From assembly GCA_027923505.1 (NCBI GenBank), contig BROI01000002.1, positions 2,294,001 to 2,358,000 on the forward strand: a stretch of 64,000 nucleotides of DNA. The letters run 5' to 3'. A program made the translations under genes and the position numbers. Source of the DNA: Mayamaea pseudoterrestris (Eukaryota). The notes below the pieces were generated by a model. That model had not been told where the DNA came from and ran no database searches. It worked only from the letters and a program-made list of their open reading frames with translations. Below, piece after piece: positions 23,088 to 34,617 of the stretch (position 1 is the stretch's first letter; each line of letters starts with the position of its first letter).

Positions 23088-24340
23088 TCAACTTGTCGCA
23101 CTAAGACCCACAAGATCGTCCATCGTCAAAGCACCAGACTTGTCCGTGTCGAGTCGATTGAATACAGCAAGAAGCTCGTCAATGTCTTCGCGAGCTACCT
23201 TTTGCAGCGAGACTAGCATGTACGAAAGAAACTCAGCCTTGGTAACCTTTCCGTCGCTATTTAAATCTAGCGTGCGAAGGTCGCGCACCGTGAGTGACTT
23301 TTGCAGAAACCTTTCCTCCGCGTGGTTGCGCTTGCGGTCCATGTACACGGACGCAATGCGGCCCAAAACTTCTCCAATGACTGCCACGGAAAAAGGCAGG
23401 AAAAAGACACAAAACCAGCGAGTACTTGCAGACTGCGGATGGTAGTCACCAAACCCAATGGTATAAGATGAGACCGCAGTCCACTTTGTGCATTGATAGA
23501 AGATGATGGTGAGTGTTTGCTGGCAGACGCTTATCACGTTTCGACGAATCGCTTGGCACTTACGTAAACGCTATCAACGACGCTCCATCCCTCGTGCCAG
23601 CCAACCATAATGCCCAAAAACACAACAAAAAGTACTATGGGAGCTTCCATAACAGCAACCGAAGCAATATCCTTAATGAGTGGCACTGGTGGCTCGAATG
23701 GCGGGTGAACATGGGCTCCTCGGTGTCCCTCGCGACTGCCAATTGTTCCAAGTATAAGTCTTTGCAGTTTTCGTTTACGCTCAACTGAGATGGTGCTCTG
23801 GCTTTCCACTATAATGTCCCCCTTGAAACAAGAGAATATAGCGTTGTTATTGAGATTGCTCATCGGATAAGTGCGACAAATAATGATTCATCGCTTAACC
23901 ACACTCACCAGTACTCCGAGAAAAATGCCAAGAATGACAATGCCATAGGTAGCCAGGAAGATTAGATACACACGTCCTGCTGCGTTATTGATTTCCACGT
24001 CACCAAAGCCAATTGTAGTGAATGTGACTGATGCCAGGTATAAGGAGTCTCTGACTGAGTGCTTTTCAACCAAATAACTGAACCCAAGTACGGCCAAAGA
24101 ATAGTAAGCGCTAGCATGACACAGAAAGAGTATCATGGCATCCTTGGAACGAGCATAGTCCTGAAAATCTGCTGTCAAGGACCTATCCGAGTCGCTTACT
24201 TCTGCATCCGTCTCGCTCGCAAGCAAAAGATCCTCTTCGTCGGAACGAATTCGTTGTTCACGCGCCCCCGCGCAGCAATTTCGGCGAATTTTTGTGACCA
24301 GCTCTCTTATGAGCTGGTAAATGGTGTTGACTATGTACAT
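23088..24340 (-). CDS. Two-pore potassium channel (TPK/KCO-like) with C-terminal EF-hands, spliced
   Basis: Two pore loops (FTTIGFGD, YTIGFGD) and EF-hands DLNSDGKVTKAE and DTDKSGALTMDD. Splice donors at ~23908 and ~23563; exon limits are approximate. Confidence 0.85.
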
Positions 24341-24450
24341 GGCTCCGTTTTATTCAAACTCATGGCGATGTGAGCTGTGAAGATTGTTGATGTGGTCCGT
24401 CGAATTCTCAAGTCGCGTCGCTCCGTTTTACAATCCCTTTCGCAAACCTG

Positions 24451-27400
24451 CCCGGGATTCGTTGTCCACGTCATCACTATCTTACCGGTACTGAAAGAAG
24501 AACATTGGATTCATGGCGGAATTTTGTTCGCGGCGACGGCTGCTCCGCACATACACGCATATATTTAGATTCGTCCCTCGATTTGCTCTCATACTAATGC
24601 AGGATCATGAGTGAGAATATCGCCAATGCTTTTCCGACTGCTAGCGGCCCTCCCAAGACGCCGCCGTCCTTGAAGAGTCATCGCTTTCTTTTCGCAAAGG
24701 CTGCCGGACTCGACACTCCAGCGGCGACAAAGGTAGACGAAGCAGGAATCTCGCCTTCAATTGTCGCAGACGCAGCTGATACGGACTTTAATGAGGCTGG
24801 CTTGAAAGTTGGGGATCGAATTAAACTACGAAAGCATTTTAGGACTACCGGTAGCCTGGCAAGTCTTCCGGAGAATTTTCCGATGCTGCCTCCGCCGCCT
24901 GCAACCACGAGTGCTATCGCGCATCAAGCACGTTCAAATGCGCCCGAAACTACTCATCTTATGGAATCGCAGCGTGCTGCCGGCCCCAAAACGACTGGCG
25001 AGGAAGAGGAGGAGACGGAAATGGGCAATTTCGTTGGAGACGAGTTCGATGACTATTTCTTGCGGGCCACTGCTGCAAATGCAGATGAAGCATTCGATTT
25101 GAAGTCTGTCGCGGAGTTGAACATGTGGGAAAAGACCAAAATCTTCTATAATAAAGTCATTGGAGGTGATTTTGCGGGGGAGGATGGGAGTATGATTATT
25201 ATCAAAAGTGTCTTGTACTTTAGCCAGGACGGAACGACACGTGCCTCCACGAAACGTACACGCATGATAGCGTTGAATTCTCTAATCGGCCGCACGCCGT
25301 CCAAGTCAGTGAATGATCGTGCGAAGGAGGCTCTGAAGAATCTGATTCGAAACTTGATGGTTCAGGAGACGAAGGATCTGAATAGTGGCTTGTCGAATCC
25401 ACACGTTGTCATTACGTACAAAGACACGCTGCATATGCTCAACTCGCTCCTCATGTCTGAGGAAAACGGTATTATTCCAACCCGCTACTTGGAACTGATC
25501 CACTATCAATTGGTGGGTCAGGTGACGGGCAAGCGCAGCATTGAACGTAACACTATCGCAGCCAGCTCGTGGCAATTGCGCATTGAAGTACCGGTACCCG
25601 GTGGACAAAAGTTTCGCATGATGTCCTTTATACACTGCTACATGAAGGAGAAAGGCCTCGGGACATACATCGTGTCGTTTATGGAAGCAGACAGTTTGGA
25701 GATGAACTTGGTCATTATTACCTTGATACTCCTTGAGCGCAAGGGGATGATTCGAAGCGCTATTGACGTGTATGAGGGACGAGAGCAGCTTTCCATCGAT
25801 CCCAACATTTTTGAGACACCAGCAGCACTGCTGGTAAAGATCAAGGCTGCTGAGAAGAAAGCCAAAGTTGAAGTGATCAAAAGATTGAGGGGCGACGAGG
25901 AAGCGGACGAAACTCGCTCTGCTTTAAAGGCGTTCATCTCCCACATCATCGCACAGGATAAACCGGGTGACAAAATACCTTTCTACACGAACTACCATGA
26001 ATCACTACTAATGAACAGTCGTTCCGATGCGGAAAATAATGCAAACTATCGTGAACTAGGAGAGCGTTGTGGTTACCGACCCACACAAAGGAACAACTTT
26101 AGCGCTACTGGAGGGCGAGCGTTTTGTCGCCAGGCGTCGCGCAATATCAATAGTCTTGGCGTTGAGATTGACTCACATTTGAACAAATCATTGTCCCACA
26201 GCAGTGCCATTGCTCTCAAGCATTATGAAAACGCCAATGCCTACCGTGAAATTATGCCAGTCAACATTTTCCATCCAGGAATCGACCGCGACATGGCTGT
26301 TTTTGCTGTGAACACGAGCGAGGTAACGCCTGCATTTAAGCGACCGGAGTTTTTCAAACCTAACTGGACTCCGCAATTGGCACCTTTGCCTTCGGCCATA
26401 GAATTCATCACGAAACAAGCATTCCGTCCTTTACTGAACTGCCCGTGTCCAGTCCTTGGCTGCTCGTTCCCGCCTTGCTATTATGCTGGTGACTTGAAAA
26501 CGCATGTCCACAAGAACCATAGCAAAGGACGTCACACCTTTCTCTGTAAATGTAACCGAACATGGGACACCTTCCTCAAATACCGTCGCCATATCAACGG
26601 CACAGATGGGTGCACTCAGTGTCCACAAAAGGATTTGGATCCGCTTGTCATTCCAGACAATTATAAACCGTCTATTCCGCCCCCAGGAGTGGCATATTTT
26701 CTCTGCAATGCATGTCCTGAAAAATATTTTACGACACGCAAGGGGGTTACGCGCCACATTTCGGAGCACCACAAGGGAGCAGAAGTTGGCTACAACGATG
26801 GATTATTTTGCCCACCTGTCGCAAGTGGTGCCGAGACTCTAGGAGCACCTTCAGCGGCTAGCACGGGATCTGTCGGTGGAGGTAAGACCGCATCACGCAA
26901 ATGCACCGTAAAGTTCTCCTTTGGCCAGAGGAGAAGTACCGGCACGCATGCGGCGCGAGGGACGGCTATTGACACGTCAACGGCGCGAGCGACGGATACT
27001 GGGGATTTGTTAGCATCGGTACCACCTACAAGCAATCTCATAGAGTCTTTTGCTGATCCGTTTGCATCGGTTCCGCTTGCGAGCAATTTCATAAAGACTT
27101 TTACTGATCCGTATGAGAGCCTGCTGATCAGGAGGGACGAAAGATTCCAGCAACCAGATAATGTCGTGCACCCTACCACCGCGGCTGATGCGCAACCGCG
27201 TCCTCAAAGCGATCTTGACCTAAACCCCGAATTGAACAATCCTCGAGGCGATGCACGTCGACGTCTCAATCATTCTACCGCACATTATTTCGCGATGGCT
27301 CAGCCGCATGGATGGCATGCCACAGATTCTGATGCCGAAGATGAAATTACGCTGGTCCCACTGTAGTGGTAGGTAGCAATAGGATGATTGAAATGGAATT

Positions 27401-27506
27401 AACAAAACTTGCAGAAGAACTGACAATAGTGTAGCCAGCGAGGTTGGTTGTTGTGGGTCTTGCTAAGTTCTCAAAACGGAACCTTTGTAGCAAAAATTAT
27501 CCCGGG
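24451..27506 (+). mobile_element. Putative Crypton-like tyrosine-recombinase DNA element bounded by CCCGGG copies
   Basis: CCCGGG lies at 24451-24456 and 27501-27506 inside a perfect 15-bp inverted repeat (aaacctgcccgggat 24444-24458 / atcccgggcaggttt 27499-27513). The repeats enclose a single YR-like ORF. Confidence 0.55.
24607..27366 (+). CDS. Putative tyrosine recombinase with C-terminal C2H2-type zinc fingers
   Basis: Box I-like QVTGKRSIE (~25519-25545), box II-like SATGGR (~26101) and SLSHSSAIALKHY (~26188-26226). Zinc fingers CPVLGC..HVHKNH, CKC..RRH and CNAC..RHISEHH. Intronless, 919 aa. Confidence 0.6.
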   Translation: MSENIANAFPTASGPPKTPPSLKSHRFLFAKAAGLDTPAATKVDEAGISPSIVADAADTDFNEAGLKVGDRIKLRKHFRTTGSLASLPENFPMLPPPPATTSAIAHQARSNAPETTHLMESQRAAGPKTTGEEEEETEMGNFVGDEFDDYFLRATAANADEAFDLKSVAELNMWEKTKIFYNKVIGGDFAGEDGSMIIIKSVLYFSQDGTTRASTKRTRMIALNSLIGRTPSKSVNDRAKEALKNLIRNLMVQETKDLNSGLSNPHVVITYKDTLHMLNSLLMSEENGIIPTRYLELIHYQLVGQVTGKRSIERNTIAASSWQLRIEVPVPGGQKFRMMSFIHCYMKEKGLGTYIVSFMEADSLEMNLVIITLILLERKGMIRSAIDVYEGREQLSIDPNIFETPAALLVKIKAAEKKAKVEVIKRLRGDEEADETRSALKAFISHIIAQDKPGDKIPFYTNYHESLLMNSRSDAENNANYRELGERCGYRPTQRNNFSATGGRAFCRQASRNINSLGVEIDSHLNKSLSHSSAIALKHYENANAYREIMPVNIFHPGIDRDMAVFAVNTSEVTPAFKRPEFFKPNWTPQLAPLPSAIEFITKQAFRPLLNCPCPVLGCSFPPCYYAGDLKTHVHKNHSKGRHTFLCKCNRTWDTFLKYRRHINGTDGCTQCPQKDLDPLVIPDNYKPSIPPPGVAYFLCNACPEKYFTTRKGVTRHISEHHKGAEVGYNDGLFCPPVASGAETLGAPSAASTGSVGGGKTASRKCTVKFSFGQRRSTGTHAARGTAIDTSTARATDTGDLLASVPPTSNLIESFADPFASVPLASNFIKTFTDPYESLLIRRDERFQQPDNVVHPTTAADAQPRPQSDLDLNPELNNPRGDARRRLNHSTAHYFAMAQPHGWHATDSDAEDEITLVPL

Positions 27507-27835
27507 CAGGTTTTGTGACGTCATATACTGATGCGACAGATGGAGTCCCGGAAAGATTTTTCAGTCTGATACTTTCCTTCAGCATCAGTACAATGTGGTA
27601 GATGATTATTACTCTTTAGTGCACTACTAAGGCAGTTATAGCTATTGTATTTAAAGAATCCCTCATCAGAAGAGTCACTTCCTTTGCAATGGCTGCCAAC
27701 TCAACACTCCAGTGGCAACAAAGGTGGTAGATGAAGAAATCATTCCTGCCCCTTAATCTTTCAGTATCCTTGAGATTTTGGCATGAATTATTTGAACACA
27801 CTCTGTGGCATCCACTCTTTGTGTTGCCAAATTGA

Positions 27836-28636
27836 TTGGACTTTGGCGAGAAGCAGCGGGCGGAACTGGTGGACGTACACGCTGAATTGGAGATACTGAA
27901 ACAGCAAGGCAAAGGCTTGGAAATATATGAAGCTCTTTGCAAGGAGCGTGACAAGGCTTTGACGATGAATGCTGAGAGAATTGCGTTTGAAAAAGCTATG
28001 AAAGATAGGGGTGAAGTTAGCCCTGCAACTGCAGCAAGAGCTGGTATTGTTCGACTGGCGAAGGAGCTTAGATCGAATGGGCCTATTACTGATGATGACA
28101 CTTGGGACGGACCCGAGGCGCAGCGCGTGTACGAGCAATTTATTGCCGAACCTCCGTCGGCGCAGCGAGACGTCTCGGTCGATCCGCACACGTGTACCTT
28201 CTGTCGCAAAGTCACGACGCACAGGCTTCAGTGCTGCAGTCGGTGCAAGAAGCAGGCGTACTGCACCAAGGAGTGTCAAGTTAGTCACTGGAAGGCACAC
28301 AAGAAGGAGTGTATTCCGATCGAAGAGTTGAGCAAGGAGGATACCAAGCGCCTGCCATTGACATGGGAGCAATTGGAGGAATTTGGCGTCGCCCCTGGCA
28401 AGAGCTTGGAAGTTCGTTTTATTCATCAAGAACCACATTTGCGATTGATCGCCTTGTGCAAGGATCGTGCAGGCATTTGCAAGCGAGTCGCCGCCTACAC
28501 GGAGAGTCGAACGATTCCCGGTTTCACAACGGGCAAGGTGTTGGTCTGGAAGAATCCACGGTTCCATGGTTTCCTGGATGGATCTTCGGGCGCCCGAATC
28601 GAGGAGGAAGACTTGGTAAACATTCGAATCAAATGA
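27836..28636 (+). CDS. MYND zinc-finger protein (5' end uncertain, possibly disrupted)
   Basis: MYND motif CTFC..CSRCKKQAYCTKECQVSHWKAHKKEC. The ORF starts at TTG immediately after an in-frame TGA at 27833. Confidence 0.8.
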   Translation: MDFGEKQRAELVDVHAELEILKQQGKGLEIYEALCKERDKALTMNAERIAFEKAMKDRGEVSPATAARAGIVRLAKELRSNGPITDDDTWDGPEAQRVYEQFIAEPPSAQRDVSVDPHTCTFCRKVTTHRLQCCSRCKKQAYCTKECQVSHWKAHKKECIPIEELSKEDTKRLPLTWEQLEEFGVAPGKSLEVRFIHQEPHLRLIALCKDRAGICKRVAAYTESRTIPGFTTGKVLVWKNPRFHGFLDGSSGARIEEEDLVNIRIK

Positions 28637-28741
28637 AGAAATATAACAGAATGCTGTAATCTGTGCTGCTTACTTTTTATTGTTGCAAGTACTACTGTAA
28701 TTGTAGACTGCAAATAATTCTCCTGTCAGGCAAGCTCAATT

Positions 28742-28984
28742 ATGTCCTTTTCTCATCCATTCGCTTGCTCCTACTGCGATACACTAACAAGCGTTAAGTT
28801 TCAATGCTGCAGCCGGTGCAAGAAGAAGGCTAAGGCTTACTATAGCAAGGACCGCCAGAGGGATCACTGGATAGCGCACAAAGAAGATTGCATTCCATTT
28901 GCTGGGACGCTGATGAGGTTGGGACATTGCCACTCACTTGGGAGCGACTCGAAGCATTCCCACGCTCTCATGATCTGCCGATGA
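28742..28984 (+). pseudogene. Degenerate tandem duplicate of the MYND gene
   Basis: CSYC..QCCSRCKKKAKAYYSKDRQRDHWIAHKEDCIP has lost Cys ligands. LPLTWERLEAF follows in another frame and matches LPLTWEQLEEF of the upstream gene. Confidence 0.75.
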
Positions 28985-29153
28985 CACGTATGGTGCGCGT
29001 TTCCAAAACGATTATTTGCGGAACCTCGTTTTGGAATCATGGTCGGTACAATCTGATCCGGCGAAGTGACAGGATGAATTTGAATGAGAAGGGACGAGAC
29101 GAGAGACCAGGGGAAAAAGGATATTAATACAATGATTGGTCGACTGACTTTAA

Positions 29154-31082
29154 CTACCTCCCGACTGCACTAGACGGTGGAGGCCACGCATCCTTTCCAT
29201 CAGCTGGCTGGTATTCAATGTACATCGGTCGACCAAGTACCTTGACACCATTTTTCGCCACTGCAAGAGCAGCAGCTTCAGCAGACTCCATTTCAACCCA
29301 CGCTTGACCGGAGAATTCGCCAGTCTTGCGATCCATTCGCCAAACAATGTGCGTCGCGCCAGGTAGCGTTTGGATCAAGAGCTCATCCGTAATACTTTTG
29401 CGGCACATGTTTCGCAAAAAGAGCCGCGTAATGCCGTCGGGATTCGCTTCAGAAACCCACTCCTCGCCCTTTGACGACAGCAAACCTTTCTCCAGCAACG
29501 CCGCCTCGTATTCTTGCAAATCATGTTGCTCTTTTTCTCGCAATTCATGCTTCGATTGAATGTTTTGCTGGACGCAAAGGTCACACCGGACGGATCGATC
29601 AATGACTTTAATGCCCTCCTCGTGCGCCTTCCAGCAATCTCGGCAAATGAGGCTTGGAACGCCGCAGGTTGGACACCGACGCTTGCCGCGGTACATGTCC
29701 CAAGCCTTGTCGCAGGCTTCACACTTACCCAATGGTTGTAAATCAATGGCTGACAACTTCGAGTCGGAATCGCAAGGTTGCGAAAATGCGACCGCGGATA
29801 CGGATTCCTCCTTTGACAATGCAGCAGCTTGCTGCACAGGTGGATAATGTGCGAATCGCTTGTCAAATACATAGTTCTGCGAGTGAAGATTGTTGATATG
29901 TCAGCGAATGCGAGATCATCAAACATGTCCCTGCGGAAACCAAAAGAATAGAGTTCACTCACCTTGCCCTTCCAATATCCACCATCGGGAAACTCTTTAA
30001 AATACTTGTCAATACCACCCTGCAGTTGATACACACCCTTGATGTTCAAATCCTTGACCGCTGGATCCGTTTCCATTTTATACTTGAGCAGCGCACTCGC
30101 CCGCTCACACCTTATACCACCGGTACAATACATGAGCACCGTCTTGTCCTTGAGTGACTGCTGCGTCTCTGGATCATTGAGCCAGACTGGAAACTCGGTC
30201 GACTTGCGCATGTGCGGATCCAGCCACGTTGCACTTGGTGGATTGAACCGACCAATGTTGGTTTCGTAGTGGTTGCGCACGTCAATGACCACCGTCTCGG
30301 GCTGCGAAAGTTTCGCGTGATAGTCGCGCGGCTCCAAGTGCGTGCCGCCGTACTGCGCCATACGCGGAGCGTCTTGCAAGCCATAGTTTACCAGCTCCGT
30401 CGCTGGAATGAGTTTCAAATCGCCAAAGGCTTGCTTGTGCGGCAAGTCGTGCGTCATTTTAAATTCCGTGCTGCAAAACAGCTCGGGCTGCCATTGACGA
30501 AGATGATTGCAAAAGTCATGAATGGCACGTTTGGTGCCAGTCAGTGTGCAGTTCAAGCCTTCCCGAGCGACGCGCATGCGTCCCTTGACGCCAGCCTGCG
30601 ATGCAATCTCCTGCACCTTTGGCTTGACCGTCTTGCTGTAGTACTGCGCCGACCATGCGGGCTCGACGTATTGGTAAAAGAGCAGCAGTGATGTATTGCA
30701 GTCAGTTTCAGCTTGCGGCTTGCTCGTGACTTCTTGGAGAGCCGATGACTCGACAAAGGGACGAGGAGACTCCACCGTAAATGCAACTGGAGCGGCAGTC
30801 GCTGCGGCAGATGGAGGCGTCTGCTTGCTCAAGGATGAATCATCAGTAGCAGCGTCATTTTTTGACGGCGACAGGGAGGACGAGAATGAATCATTATTCT
30901 CTTGAGATTTTCGTTCTCGCTTTCTCTTTTCCTTTTAGCGTTTCTTCTTAGCGCGGCGATCATCATCATTATCCGAGTCAATGCTTGCATTGTCGTCCTT
31001 GTCTTTATCAAGTGATCGTCGCTTTTCCTTTTTAGCCTTTCTCTTTTCGTCCTTTCGTTTCTCCTTCTTTGACTCCTTCATG
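29154..31082 (-). CDS. Rhodanese-domain protein (TSTD2/TrhO-UPF0176-like) with C-terminal RRM; intron 29962-29877; in-frame TAA at 30937-30935
   Basis: Motifs LLFYQY, GRMRVAREGLNCT, IDVRNHYE, MYCTGGIRCE, YQLQGGI and NYVFDKR. RRM-like LFLRNM..FSGQAWVEM. Lys-rich N-terminus. Confidence 0.85.
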
Positions 31083-31381
31083 TTGGAAATACGCTCCAAA
31101 GTGCAAGTATCGAACATCGAGCTTGATGCTGAAAAACGAAAAAACGGATGGTGTTTGCCGCGAAGCATGGATCGAATGTGAGTATGGTTTTTAGTGTACG
31201 CAATGAAGTAAATACCGGTTAAATAGCGGTTACCGTAGAACTTGAACCTCCATAGTAACCGACGGAGCTGATACCCTCCAACTGACGATCATCGCCGACC
31301 GTCAAATCTGGGCCGTTGAACTGGCACACACGATATTTTGCAGCCACAACAACAGATTTTGAACACAGCATTCGCCTCTCC

Positions 31382-33213
31382 ATGCCTTTTCTAACATCAG
31401 CCATGTCTATTTTGCACTTTCCAGCCATTGAAAAGCAGGTGCAAGACACTATTGATGCCAATGAAGACAGGCCTGCCTTGCTCAACCTCGGATCCAAGGA
31501 AGACTTCCAGCAAAAACAAGTAAAATACCAAAAAATCATCAAGGAGGTTGTTAACAAGGTCTCTGACATTCAAGAGGCTAATCTTTCAAGCTCAGCAGCA
31601 CTTGATGAACTTTTCTCTTTTGCAAATGGTGTGGTTGGCAAGCAATTCTACGAAATGCTTGCTGAGCTCATCAAATCCACTGTCTTTGCTTGCCAAGCCC
31701 TTGATTTGGAACTAATTCAGGTCACCGAGGGAGGAAAGGATTTGATGATGCTGCTTCGCAAAGTAATTGGTAAGTTTTTGTGTTTTGGAAAAATTGCAAT
31801 TGCAATTTCCATTTGTGAAACTCATTTTTTGTTTTTCAGTTTTACTTGGCCTGGTGCAGGAAAAGATCTTGAATTTCAAGGATTATGCATGCATTTTGCA
31901 TAAGTGGGTCACTGAATTGCAGGGAGAGTTTGTCTTTGACAATATTGGCAGTTTCATTTCTTCAGCCGTTGCCAAGGAAGGGAACATGGAGGCAAGCAAG
32001 AAAGAACCTTGTCACAGTGTATCCTACAAGAATCTTATGGCTTTTTTGGTCATCATTGGAGCTGTTTTGGTGCTTCCAAGAAGTGAGCTGACAAGAGATG
32101 GGCGCAAGAATCCCCACAGTTGCATTTCTTCATACTTTAAGGCCTTCCTTGATCAGTCCTTGATGCCTGAAATGCAGGCTATGCGAGTGGCTTTCCAATC
32201 CATGGCTCAACTGATTTTTGGACATTATCAAAGCATGGTAAGTAAATTCATGTCCCAAATCTATTATAGAATAATCATGGATTGCTCACAATGTTTTTCA
32301 GCATGAATCTGCAGATCTTAACATCCAGAAACTGATGCAGCAAAAGCTAGGTCTCAATAATTTTCTGAGCCAGAACAATAAGAACAAATCAACCTTTGCT
32401 GCAATGAGTGCCCTTGTCATGTATCAATTTCTGTCTGATTTGGCTGCTGGCTACCATACTGTGCATTTCGATCAAGGTTTTTACAATGGAGCACCATTTG
32501 CAAGTAAGCTCCAGACTCTTGGGTGGACTCCCATTGAAATCAACAGTTGTAGGTGGTTTGTCAAGCATCTGTTGTATCGGCTTTTCAAGTTGGAGAATGA
32601 TGCCACAGCCAAGGCAGAAATGCACCCTTTGGATTTCTCTCTGAAGCTCGGGATGGGAATTTTGGTTCATTCGGTACACAAAAGTGATTCTACGGCAACA
32701 CTTACTGGACAGAAGCTAGCTACAGCAGGAGTCATGCAGCAGGATCAAGTAAATTCTCTTTTGAGCATTTGTGAAGGCAGCCAAGGCTCACAAGCTGGCT
32801 CTGCAAGCACGAGCAGCTCCACAAATGTTGAAAACGCCAAGAAGCGCAAGATCTCTGACAACTTGAAAGAATCGGAGGAATCCAATTCTGCCAGCAAGTT
32901 AGATGTCAGTGGTAGCAGCACTATCACTTTGCCATCTGCAGTTGTTCCATTGAAGCCTTTATTGCTTGGTATTTGGCATGAAATGGAGACCTTGGCTCTC
33001 AGATTTTTGGGAAACAATAAGTATTTTTTTGCCAAAGACCAACTTTTTGATGCACTGAACAAGTTTTCAGCTGGTGTTGTAGAGTTGGATTGGGTTCTTC
33101 ATTGCTTTTTGTACATGGAAAAGCAAGTCCAAGGCTTGGAAGTGAATGGAGCTTACGGCATGGCCAAGTCTAGCATTTTGCGAGCTTTAGAGCTATCTGA
33201 AAACAAAAAGTAG
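31382..33213 (+). CDS. Hypothetical multi-exon protein in CpG-depleted DNA
   Basis: Three consecutive long ORFs with gtaagt donors at ~31770 and ~32238 followed by pyrimidine-rich AG acceptors. No recognised domain. Confidence 0.5.
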
Positions 33214-33503
33214 CAGATATTCATGTTGAAATTATGGTTTTGGAATGTGTTCACTAATAATATATGTTTTGAGCTTGGATTTTCTTGTGCACAAAGCACT
33301 CTTGCATGAATTTAGTTTTAAAGTGTGTAAAACCAATTTCATTTGAACTGAAATCGTTTTGGATCAATTTGGTATGAACTACTTTGGTTTGAACTAATTT
33401 ACAGGTAATGCAGTTTCCATTTTGTTTTACACTCTGGATCTGGACCCTAGTGTATTTTCGAATGAACGTTTCCAATGATTCGTCGTGGTTCGTGCATAAA
33501 AAC

Positions 33504-34376
33504 CCGGCAATCAGAAGCCTACGACTGCTGATTGCCCTCGGTCGCTCGAATGCTACTTTTCCGCACAATGGCTACTTTAGCTAGATGGACAACAAGTCCT
33601 AGATGGTCTTGGTTTGTGGTTTGGACCCGGCAAATCCGGGTTCCAAAGCAGAAAGCACGTCAGCTATGACGACTCAACCCGGGTGGGTGGGTGGGACAAA
33701 AAGCTTTTGGAAGACTAGTAACTAGGCGAACAAAAGACAAGAATGAGAGGCCGTCATGGTCTATGCGCGACGACCCCCCTAACTGACTGCCAACTACTCC
33801 GCATGCGTTCTCAGAACGGTCAGCTAACGCATAGAAGCCTAGACTGCTGATTGCCCTGTGCGAATGCTACTTTTCCGCACAATGGCTACTTTAGCTAGAT
33901 GGACAACAAGTCCTAGATGTTCTTGGTTTGTGGTTTGGGCCCGGAAAATCCGGGTTCCAAAGCAGAAAGCACGTCAGCTATGACGACTCAACCCGGGTGG
34001 GTGGGTGGGACAAAAAGCTTTTGGAAGACTAGTAACTAGGCGAACAAAAGACAAGAATGAGAGGCCGTCATGGTCGATGTCGGCCGACGGACCTCCGAGC
34101 CCCAACCCTAACTGACTGCCAACTACTCTGGCGATGCCTCCGCCTGATGGGCCGCGGCATGTTCTCAGAACGGTCTCCTCTTGCGCATCCGTTCTAAGCC
34201 GGACAATCAGAAGCCTACGACTGCTGATTGCCCTCGGTCGCTCGAATGCTACTTTTCCGCACAATGGCTACTTTAGCTAGATGGACAACAAGTCCTAGAT
34301 GGTCTTGGTTTGTGGTTTGGGCCCGGAAAATCCGGGTTCCAAAGCAGAAAGCACGTCAGCTATGACGACTCAACCC
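33504..34376 (-). repeat. Split direct repeats (B-A-B-A'-B) at the 3' end of the YR retrotransposon
   Basis: A ~170-bp unit (caatcagaagcctacg...gactcaaccc) occurs at ~33508-33680, ~33833-33993 and ~34204-34376. A second unit starting gggtgggtgggtggga occurs at 33681 and 33994. Confidence 0.85.
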
Positions 34377-34617
34377 ACACGAACCAGCTAGCTGAAGGAG
34401 GAACAGCCACACAGAAAAGGCGTGTGGCGAGAACCGCGGAAAAGAAACAAAGAGCAAGAAAAAGGAACGACGGAAGAGGACTCTCCAGTGTGTCGTTCGG
34501 GAAGGCATGTTGTGTATGGTGTACAAATGCGTGAGGAGCGCATGGGCGAGGACCGAGGTCTTTTGCCTGGATGCAAAACGCGGGTGTACGCACAAATGGT
34601 AGCCTGTAACAGATGAA

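Noticed and set aside
33504..34376. CRISPR-like array or hammerhead ribozyme in the repeats
   Set aside because: The units are ~170-210 bp with no unique spacers, and I found no CUGAnGA/GAAA core.
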